Origin: Myxococcota bacterium
Lineage (GTDB): Bacteria; Myxococcota_C; UBA6777
Direction of reading: 5' to 3'
DNA: 47,724 nucleotides
Assembly (NCBI GenBank): GCA_023150835.1
Contig: JAKLKB010000036.1
Span: forward strand, 1 to 47,724
Shown here: one piece after another, positions 21,045 to 28,570 of the stretch
How the letters are laid out: every line of letters starts with the position of its first letter
Position numbering within the stretch: the stretch's first letter is position 1
Program-made: the position numbers and the translations under genes
The notes under the pieces: generated by a model
The model's database searches: none
What the model was told of the DNA's origin: nothing
Seen by the model: only the letters and a program-made list of their open reading frames with translations

Positions 21045-22172
21045 GTGAACCCACAAAACGATTGGGATGAAGGCGGCGAAGAAGAACTCGATCCTTGGGC
21101 GAGCGTCGTGGATCTAATGAGCGCTTTTGCGCTCGTACTTTTTCTTGCTGTCACCTTCTTTGTCATCAACTACAACAGCGCAAGCACCAAACTCAAAGAG
21201 CGGCAGTCTCAACTTGTCGTCAAAGAAAAACTCCTGCAAAGCTCGATCTTGAGCTTGCGCCAACGCACCGAAAGCCTTGAAAAGTCCCGAGCATCCGAGG
21301 CCAGCTTGACCAAGAAAAACGATGAGATCCAACGTCAACTGATCCTGCTCGCCGAACAAGAGAAAAAGCTGCGCACCGAGCGCGAAAAACTACTTGGCGA
21401 TCGACAAGCCCTCCTTGCAGACAAGGAAAAGCTGATCGCCGATCAAGAAAAACTCAAAAAAGAAAAACAAGAACTCACCATGATGCTTGGGCGTCAAGAA
21501 GCCCTTGTCAGCGAGCAAAAACAACTTGCGGAGCGCCAGAAACAGGCCACCGAAGAACAAAAACAAGAAACACTTCGCCAACAAAACCTCGCATCACAGG
21601 CCCAAACCAGCCGTCAACGTTGCCAAGAACGCCTCGAAAGCTTGCTCAAACAGCGCCGCGAAGTCCTCAGCGCCGTCTACAAATCCTTTGTGATCGCCCA
21701 ACAAAACAACCAAACCCGCTCAGCCGTCGGATTTGACCCCAAAACAGGCCGATTCCGCCTTGGTGGCGAAGTGTTGTTTGCCGAAGGAAAAGATCAACTC
21801 ACTCCTGAAGGAAAGCGCCAATTGGACGTTGTCATGGAGGCTTTGCAAAAAGTCGTCAAACAAAAAGACGTCGTCGCCCTGCTTTCCGGCATTATGATCG
21901 AAGGACACACCAGCCAAACGGGCTCCGAAACCACCAACTGGGTTCTGTCCTCTCGGCGATCTCTTGCGGCGTTGCGCTACTTGTTGTCTCGCGCAGACGC
22001 ATCGCAACGCAGCACTTATGCCAAGCTGCTCTTTTCCGCTGCCTACGGCCCATTTCGACCTGTAAAAAGCGAAAAAGGCACCGTCGATAACCGGCGCAGC
22101 CGACGCATCGAGATCAAGATCGTCTTCAAAAGTCAAGACCAGCTCCAAGGCATCTTGCGCCAAATCAACTAA
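21045..22172 (+). CDS. MotB/OmpA-family subunit, ZorB-like, with long coiled-coil spacer
   Basis: WASVVDLMS TM motif with conserved Asp; heptad-rich linker; OmpA-like domain VLFAEGKDQL...IEGHTS...NWVLSSRRS...RRIEIKI; GTG 21045 after GGAGG. Confidence 0.85.
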   Translation: MNPQNDWDEGGEEELDPWASVVDLMSAFALVLFLAVTFFVINYNSASTKLKERQSQLVVKEKLLQSSILSLRQRTESLEKSRASEASLTKKNDEIQRQLILLAEQEKKLRTEREKLLGDRQALLADKEKLIADQEKLKKEKQELTMMLGRQEALVSEQKQLAERQKQATEEQKQETLRQQNLASQAQTSRQRCQERLESLLKQRREVLSAVYKSFVIAQQNNQTRSAVGFDPKTGRFRLGGEVLFAEGKDQLTPEGKRQLDVVMEALQKVVKQKDVVALLSGIMIEGHTSQTGSETTNWVLSSRRSLAALRYLLSRADASQRSTYAKLLFSAAYGPFRPVKSEKGTVDNRRSRRIEIKIVFKSQDQLQGILRQIN

Positions 22173-22231
22173 GCACTTCGCCCTTCACGCAAGGGTTGAC
22201 GCGCCATATCCTGCGCGATCAAGGAGAGAGC

Positions 22232-23422
22232 ATGCCCATCCACATCTCCGAAAAGGAACGCCGCCTCCCTTTCGATACCTATTATGTCGAAGGCACCGAG
22301 TCCGGCTTGACCGATGATCTCAAGTTCCGACCCAACAAATACTTCCATCCCATCGACTCGATCGACGCCAACGATCGAGAGTGCATTTTTCGCTACCAGC
22401 GCTCCCTTGCGCCCGTCGAAGGCGAACTCACGCTCGAACAAGTCCGCCAGATCTTGCTCGGCGTTCTTGATGCCCAACAGCGCGTCGCGCATGACCAAAC
22501 CTTTTACCTCTTTCCCGGGGTCGAAGCCTTTGGCCTTGACCGCCGACACAACCTACGCATCGCCCTGATCAACGCACGACCGATCCGCGACCGCGAGTGT
22601 GATCCCCAAGAAATGAATGTGGACGCCTTCATCCGCCTGCTCGCCGCTCACTGCCCCGAAGCACACAAACGCATCGTGGCCTACAACAAGCCGATCCTCA
22701 CCCTGCGCCATCTCCAACAGATCCTCGAATACAAAGGCGCTCCCATCCTCACCACCGCCTTCGCAACGCTCGCTGTCGTCGGCCTGATCGTCTTTGGACT
22801 GCTCCACCAATACGGCCCCCCCCGCATCCGTCAACCCCTCCAACAATGGACCGCTGGCGTCCTCCAAAGCGGAAAGCGCTTTACCCGCTCAGGCACAGAC
22901 GAATGGTACGTCCAGATCGGCGAAGAACGCCGCAAGCGCGAATACACTCACCCTCCGCTCTCCTTGACCCTCGTCCTTCAACCCCAAGTCAACACCGACG
23001 AAGAACGCCAAACCCTCTTCCAATTCCTCAATCGCTTGCTTGCCACAGAATTCCCCAACACACGATACCAACTCCTGCTCCCTTCGCCCGATCTGTCCTC
23101 CAAAGCCTATATGCGCTGGAAAGCTGCCTGCGAGTACGGCTTCCAAAAACAAAAGTGCCTGCCCAAAAGCTGGCTGCTGCAAATCGAGGAATACAAAGGC
23201 GCGATCCGCCCCCTCCTTGGAGCCCTCCGCGAAGCCATGCACCAAGAACGCGCCAACAAACCACTCGTCGAACTCCGTTACGTCGAACTGATCGGCATGG
23301 CGGACTTGACCCTCAAACAAAACACTCCTCCCACCACCCCCCAAACAACGCCGCACTCACCCGCACCCACCAAAACCCCCGCTCCCGCTACTCCAAACAG
23401 AACCGCCCCTCCCACACGCTAA
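22232..23422 (+). CDS. Hypothetical single-pass membrane protein, possible N-terminal pseudokinase domain
   Basis: ATG after AAGGAG, 59 bp after the ZorB-like stop; central TM (AFATLAVVGLIVFGLL); Pro/Thr-rich tail. Confidence 0.7.
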   Translation: MPIHISEKERRLPFDTYYVEGTESGLTDDLKFRPNKYFHPIDSIDANDRECIFRYQRSLAPVEGELTLEQVRQILLGVLDAQQRVAHDQTFYLFPGVEAFGLDRRHNLRIALINARPIRDRECDPQEMNVDAFIRLLAAHCPEAHKRIVAYNKPILTLRHLQQILEYKGAPILTTAFATLAVVGLIVFGLLHQYGPPRIRQPLQQWTAGVLQSGKRFTRSGTDEWYVQIGEERRKREYTHPPLSLTLVLQPQVNTDEERQTLFQFLNRLLATEFPNTRYQLLLPSPDLSSKAYMRWKAACEYGFQKQKCLPKSWLLQIEEYKGAIRPLLGALREAMHQERANKPLVELRYVELIGMADLTLKQNTPPTTPQTTPHSPAPTKTPAPATPNRTAPPTR

Positions 23423-23446
23423 AACGAACACAACGCCCCACCCCTA

Positions 23447-23648
23447 CGGGATTTCCGCAATTGTATTTTCGCCCTATCCCTACGGGATTTCCGCGATGGT
23501 GTTTCGTGGGGTTCCACCCCACGCCCCGCAAGGGAGCACGGCCCCCTTGACCCCGTATTGGCCAAAAGATCGCTGCTTTTCAAACAAACGACTCTGTCGC
23601 CTCAAGCGGCACGAACACGGGGAGTTTGCGTCAACAACGCCACTCCTA
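23447..23648. mobile_element. MITE-like dispersed element, family B copy
   Basis: Collinear with 33508-33698 and 37992-38160 (GGGG-N5-CCCC hairpin, cccc.caaggga, ccttgacccc, ttcaaac, gaac.cgg, gtcaac...cactcc); degenerate left end cgggatttccgcaattg, partly duplicated at 23483. Confidence 0.6.
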
Positions 23649-23662
23649 TCCACAATTCGCTC

Positions 23663-24523
23663 CTATTCCAAATAAACGCGAACCCCTTGCAACGAGTAGA
23701 TCGGCACAAAGGGAAACAACACAGGTGTTGTGCGGATATACGCCTGATACGCAGGATCCTCGCCATAACGCTCTCCCTGCGAATGCTCTAGGCGTTTCGT
23801 CGATCCCATCATAATCAACACGATGCAGACATACCCCACGATGCACAAAAACCACCGCAGCGCCGATGTGTAAAACGGGATCGCCAGCACAAAACTCCCT
23901 GTCCAAAACAATATCTCCCCGAGATAGTTGGGGCATCGCACAAGACGATACAAGCCCGTGTCGCAAAAGCGCTTGGGATGGGACTTTTTGAAGTCAGACT
24001 TTTGCTTATCTGCCAGCGATTCCATCACCAAACCACCCGTCGCCACAAGCACCCCCACCACTCGCACAAAAAGCGTCGTTCCTGCCCCAAACATCGGTGG
24101 TGTCAAAAGATGCAGCAGCCCGGGCAAAAACATCAGCACATACAACAACGACACCGCCAGCCAGATCAATACATCGAGCCAGCGCTGCCCTTGGCGTTTT
24201 TGTTGGTAGTGTACCTCACGATCTTGTGCATACGAAGTCGCCCGCTCACGGTGCAATAGATAACTCCCCAAACGCACCCCATACAGGCCCAACAGCGCAA
24301 GATGAACCCATGCCCACAAGGTAGCGTGCGCACCACACCCGATCGCGCACCAGACGGCCATTCCCGCGATCGAAAACGCATATCCGAGGCTCACAAAGTA
24401 CACGCGCCGATAAAACCCCGCCGAAGACACCAACAACGCCAAACCAAACAACCACACCGACACACTCGGGATCGACGCTCCTTGCGCACGAAACCAATCC
24501 ACCACGCTCGCTACCAACCACAT
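23663..24523 (-). CDS. DUF1295 / steroid 5-alpha-reductase-like membrane protein
   Basis: Multiple TMs; ESLADKQK, FCDTGLYRLVRCPNYLGEILFW, YQAYIRTTP motifs; start uncertain (24523 or 24574). Confidence 0.85.
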   Translation of the reverse strand: MWLVASVVDWFRAQGASIPSVSVWLFGLALLVSSAGFYRRVYFVSLGYAFSIAGMAVWCAIGCGAHATLWAWVHLALLGLYGVRLGSYLLHRERATSYAQDREVHYQQKRQGQRWLDVLIWLAVSLLYVLMFLPGLLHLLTPPMFGAGTTLFVRVVGVLVATGGLVMESLADKQKSDFKKSHPKRFCDTGLYRLVRCPNYLGEILFWTGSFVLAIPFYTSALRWFLCIVGYVCIVLIMMGSTKRLEHSQGERYGEDPAYQAYIRTTPVLFPFVPIYSLQGVRVYLE

Positions 24524-24630
24524 CGCTTGTTCTGCTCCTACACAAAGAGGCTCACAAACCGCCCAAACCACCACACGTTATTTACGCAACAGCACACTCA
24601 CACGCTCTTGCTCACACAAACCCACACCGC

Positions 24631-26613
24631 TCAAGGAGTCCGTTGGTAGGCGGGGCCTTGGGCATTGCGAAGATAATTGGCGCGGGCTGTCGGCCACAAC
24701 AAACACTTTGTTCCTGAATTCGGTACACGGTAGATGTGGAATCCGACGCCAAAGCTTTGGAGCAAGATCTCGATATCCCCGTTGCCATCGATATCTGCGA
24801 GCGTGGGGGCGGCTGGATACCCCGCACCGTTTCCGTTGGTTCCAACAGGCAACTTGACATCGTGCAACAACTTTCCTTGCGCATCCAAGATCACCAGCCA
24901 TCCCGCGTCGGGATCTTTGGGGGCGCCCCATGTGGAGAAGATCAGCTCAGGACGGCCATCTTTGTTGAGATCCGCCACCACCACTTCGCTTGCATACAAC
25001 AAGGGCCGACCATGCCGATAATCAAAGCGCCACAGCGGCTGGCCCGTCGATGACAGCACATGAATAAATCCATCGTTCAACGGCGCGATCACTTCGGGCT
25101 TTCCGTCTCCGTCCAAGTCCACCACCGTAGGCGAAGGGATCCCATCCGGCGGATAATAGCCCGCAGGTCGCGTCTGTGGCTTTCCGCCACGTGGCGGATC
25201 TTCCCATCCAGCGAGGCGCATCGCGCTTCGTTGTGGATCAAAGGCTCCTTCGAGAACAAAAAAGGCGTAGAACTGGGTCTCGTAAGGCTCGTTTTTCTCA
25301 GCATTGGGGACGCCGATCACTTCGTTCTTTCCGTCCCGATTGAGATCCGCCACCACAGGCGGCGAAGCCGTCCATTGCAACCAGATCTGCGTCTTCGGAT
25401 GCGGCCATTCGCCTGTTTGCTTGTTGTAATGGTTCTCTTCGACGCTCGGTTCAAGCCAACGAATAAATTGTCCCCAACTCATCCGACTTCCCGAACACTT
25501 AGAAGATCGATTCTTGAAATAGGGCGACGCCAAGATCGCCTTCCCATCGTGCTTAAAGGCTTGGATGTGGTGGTTGTCGTAAGTCACCAAGATCTCTTGA
25601 TCGGGTTCGTTGTCGATGTTGCCGATGGCGACGTTCAATCCGTAAGCCCCGTACCCTTGGTGTCCACAAGTGTTCGCGTCAGCATCGTTGCCTTCGCCCG
25701 TCAACTTGTTGTAGCGGGGCCACGCTTGCCACTTGGTCAACCCTTTGGGCTGGTAGAGCTTGCCGTCAGCTTGATACACCCACACTTGCGCATCTTCGCC
25801 ATTTTGTGTGGTCGTGACCACCACTTCGAGCTTTCCGTCACCATCGAGATCCGCTGCGGCCATACCGCGCACCTCAACGGAGCTTTCACGCACCGCGCAG
25901 GCTTTTACAGGCCATCCTGCCTTGATCTGTAGCTTGCCGCCTTTGTATTCGTACGCAGCTACCGAACAACGCGATCCACCTACCACCACCTCAAAGACGC
26001 CATCTCCATCCAGATCCGCGACCACACCGGGCGCATAAACACGCCCTTGGTGATGTTCGCCTGACTTGGCCCGCGCCAACTCTTTGCCTTGTGCATCCCA
26101 CACAAACACATCATAAAACGTCCCCACGATCTCCTTTTTGCCGTCGCCGTCGAGATCCACCACCGCAGGCGAGCCATACCAAGAGGTCCCCGTGTACTGG
26201 ATCTGCTTGACAAAAACAGGCTTGGCAACGGCTCCAACGCCTCCCTCCGCAGCACAAGCCGTCGGAGGAGGCGTTGTTTCGGTCCCTTGCTCGGGAGGCG
26301 AAGCAGGCTCTGTCGATATCTCTTCCGAAGAAACAGGCGTTTCTGGCTGCTCCGCTTCTTTGGTAGGTTCGGCGTCAGATAGACGCTCGTCAGGAGGCGA
26401 GGTCGGCTCGTTGGTAGTCTCGATCACTTGGGCTTTTTCCGAAGCATCCGAAACAACAGTCTCTGTGGGATCTTTGGGAGCACATCGCCCCTGCGAGCAG
26501 ATCCAACCGCCCGAACAGTCGGCGTCTTGCTTGCAGACACCTTCGCAAGCCAACGCCCACCCACACCCAACCGCCAAGATCAACAAGGCTTTCGCCCAAC
26601 GCATCTTCGCCAT
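24631..26613 (-). CDS. Lipoprotein with Cys-rich N-terminal motif and FG-GAP/VCBS repeats
   Basis: Lipobox-like LAC; CKQDADCSGGWICSQGRC; Glu/Pro linker; many DLDGDGKxE repeats. Confidence 0.88.
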   Translation of the reverse strand: MAKMRWAKALLILAVGCGWALACEGVCKQDADCSGGWICSQGRCAPKDPTETVVSDASEKAQVIETTNEPTSPPDERLSDAEPTKEAEQPETPVSSEEISTEPASPPEQGTETTPPPTACAAEGGVGAVAKPVFVKQIQYTGTSWYGSPAVVDLDGDGKKEIVGTFYDVFVWDAQGKELARAKSGEHHQGRVYAPGVVADLDGDGVFEVVVGGSRCSVAAYEYKGGKLQIKAGWPVKACAVRESSVEVRGMAAADLDGDGKLEVVVTTTQNGEDAQVWVYQADGKLYQPKGLTKWQAWPRYNKLTGEGNDADANTCGHQGYGAYGLNVAIGNIDNEPDQEILVTYDNHHIQAFKHDGKAILASPYFKNRSSKCSGSRMSWGQFIRWLEPSVEENHYNKQTGEWPHPKTQIWLQWTASPPVVADLNRDGKNEVIGVPNAEKNEPYETQFYAFFVLEGAFDPQRSAMRLAGWEDPPRGGKPQTRPAGYYPPDGIPSPTVVDLDGDGKPEVIAPLNDGFIHVLSSTGQPLWRFDYRHGRPLLYASEVVVADLNKDGRPELIFSTWGAPKDPDAGWLVILDAQGKLLHDVKLPVGTNGNGAGYPAAPTLADIDGNGDIEILLQSFGVGFHIYRVPNSGTKCLLWPTARANYLRNAQGPAYQRTP

Positions 26614-26661
26614 CGCCAAACCCTCCCGCAGCAACGTGCGAAACACAGCCTATCTTTCGGG

Positions 26662-28461
26662 TCAGTCCAGTCCGAGTTGAAGCATCACGGGTTTGTTGTA
26701 GCGCAGTGGACTCTTTTCACGCAAGGTCTTTTCCATCCCCTCCAGCGCCTTTTGCTGTGCGCCGCGCTTCATTTTGTTGAGTATCTCTTTGGCTTCGCGA
26801 GCAAATTCTTCTTTGTTCGGGCCGATCCGACGAACGAGGCGCACCAGATAATACTGGTTGCCCACCAGATAAGGTTTCGAGACCCAAGGTTTTTTCTCGT
26901 TGAGCGCCAAAACTTCACTGCGCAGCGCATCGTTGGACTGGAGCAACGGATGGCGAGGCATGGTCGAGATCACGACAGTCGCCTCGGGGGTTTTGAGATC
27001 CCCAAGCGTACTCAAAACCAGATCTCGAACAAGCTGCGCGGGCTGAGCTGCCGTCGGCGGGGCCGCAGGATTTGGTGCAACAGAGCGCAGCACAGGCAAC
27101 GGATCGCGGCCCAGACTTTTCCACACACCAAGAACCCACGGAAGACCTTGTAGCTCCAACAATTGTTGGAGATAGGCGCGAGAAAGTTTATCAAAATACA
27201 GCTTGCCCAGTTCGAGGCGTGCGTCTTCAAAACTTCCCGACGGACCGCCCTTTTGGCCGATCAGTTTGATGATATGCAGGCCAAACTGTGTGCGTACGAT
27301 CGAGCTAATCGCGCCGATCTTTTGCAACGCAAAGGCCGCCTGATCAAAGGACGGAACCATCGCGCCGCGTGGGAAAAACCCAAGATCGCCACCTTGCGCA
27401 CGCGAAGGGCAAGTCGAATGTTGGCGCGCAAGATCCGAAAAGCGCTTGGGAGAAGCGAGGGCTTCTTGGCGGATCTTTTCCATTTTTTGATAGACTTCTG
27501 CGGTGCTTTGCTTGTCTGCGTTGGGGTCCAAACGCAGCAAGATGTGGCGAGCGCGGATCTGTTTCCCTTCGGCGCGTTGGGTGATCTCTTGATACATCTC
27601 ACGCAACGCAGCGTCATGCTCCGCAAGAAAACGCTTGAGATCGTCCCCTTCGGGTTTGGCGATCTGCGGCAGACGCTGTAGATCAAAGCGAAGCATCTCC
27701 AACTCAAGCTTGAACCAGTCGCGTTGAAATGCTTTCCAAGCCTCTTCCTTTGAGGGGTTCGCGGCTTCCGCCACTTTTTTCATCATGTGGCTCGAAAGGA
27801 TCATCGCTCCCAACCATACGCGCAGATCGCTGTCTTGGATCTTCCAGTCTTTTAACGTATCATCATACTTTTTCTTAGAAAACACCGCGCCGTCATAAAA
27901 GAGCTTGGTTTTTTCGATTAATTCTTGAACTTCGTTGGGCTTCAACTGAATGCCTTGGCGCGAAGCTTCAAGGGCAAACAATTGTTGACGGATCAAAAAG
28001 CCCAAAAAATTCTTTTTAATTTGTTTTTGATACTGTGGTGGAAAACGAGACAAGCGCACCCGCGCAAAGTTCCATTCGAGAAACTTGGTCTCCAACAAAC
28101 AAACCTTGCCGCTGTAGATCGCACACGCCGAAGACATCTTGGTTTGTTCAAGGATATCCTGAATTACTCCGTCGATCTTTTTTGACGTGTCCTCTTTCGC
28201 ATCACCCGCTAACTTGGGCTTTTGCGCTGTATCTCCCTTTGAATCACCCGCTAACTTGGGCTTTTGCGCTGTATCACCCCTTGCATCACCCGATAACTTG
28301 GGCTTTTGCGCTGTATCGCCCTTGGTATCTTCCACCGTGTTGGGCGGTAGATCCGCAGGTTGTGAAGCTGCGACAGGCTGTGAGACAGGGCGCGAAGTAG
28401 GCTCCGCATGGGCAGACAAGGCCATCCCACCGAAGCAAAGAACCAAGAGAAGCAAACGCAT
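26662..28461 (-). CDS. Exported parvulin-type peptidyl-prolyl isomerase (SurA/PpiD-like)
   Basis: Signal peptide ending AHA; IRARHILL, FSDLARQHSTCPSRAQGGDLGFFPRGAMVPSFDQAAF, RTQFGLHIIK. Confidence 0.9.
   Translation of the reverse strand: MRLLLLVLCFGGMALSAHAEPTSRPVSQPVAASQPADLPPNTVEDTKGDTAQKPKLSGDARGDTAQKPKLAGDSKGDTAQKPKLAGDAKEDTSKKIDGVIQDILEQTKMSSACAIYSGKVCLLETKFLEWNFARVRLSRFPPQYQKQIKKNFLGFLIRQQLFALEASRQGIQLKPNEVQELIEKTKLFYDGAVFSKKKYDDTLKDWKIQDSDLRVWLGAMILSSHMMKKVAEAANPSKEEAWKAFQRDWFKLELEMLRFDLQRLPQIAKPEGDDLKRFLAEHDAALREMYQEITQRAEGKQIRARHILLRLDPNADKQSTAEVYQKMEKIRQEALASPKRFSDLARQHSTCPSRAQGGDLGFFPRGAMVPSFDQAAFALQKIGAISSIVRTQFGLHIIKLIGQKGGPSGSFEDARLELGKLYFDKLSRAYLQQLLELQGLPWVLGVWKSLGRDPLPVLRSVAPNPAAPPTAAQPAQLVRDLVLSTLGDLKTPEATVVISTMPRHPLLQSNDALRSEVLALNEKKPWVSKPYLVGNQYYLVRLVRRIGPNKEEFAREAKEILNKMKRGAQQKALEGMEKTLREKSPLRYNKPVMLQLGLD
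28201..28329. repeat. Coding tandem repeat, 42-bp x 3 (KGDTAQKPKLAGD-like)
   Basis: atcacccgctaacttgggcttttgcgctgtatc repeated at 42-bp spacing. Confidence 0.9.
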
Positions 28462-28570
28462 CAACGATTTCCTTTCCACTCGAATGTGTCAACAAGAAGC
28501 ACGACCACACCGCGCCGAAACTCCCAGCCAACAAGCTCCTTGGCGCCCCCTCTGAGAAGCGCACCTTCTC

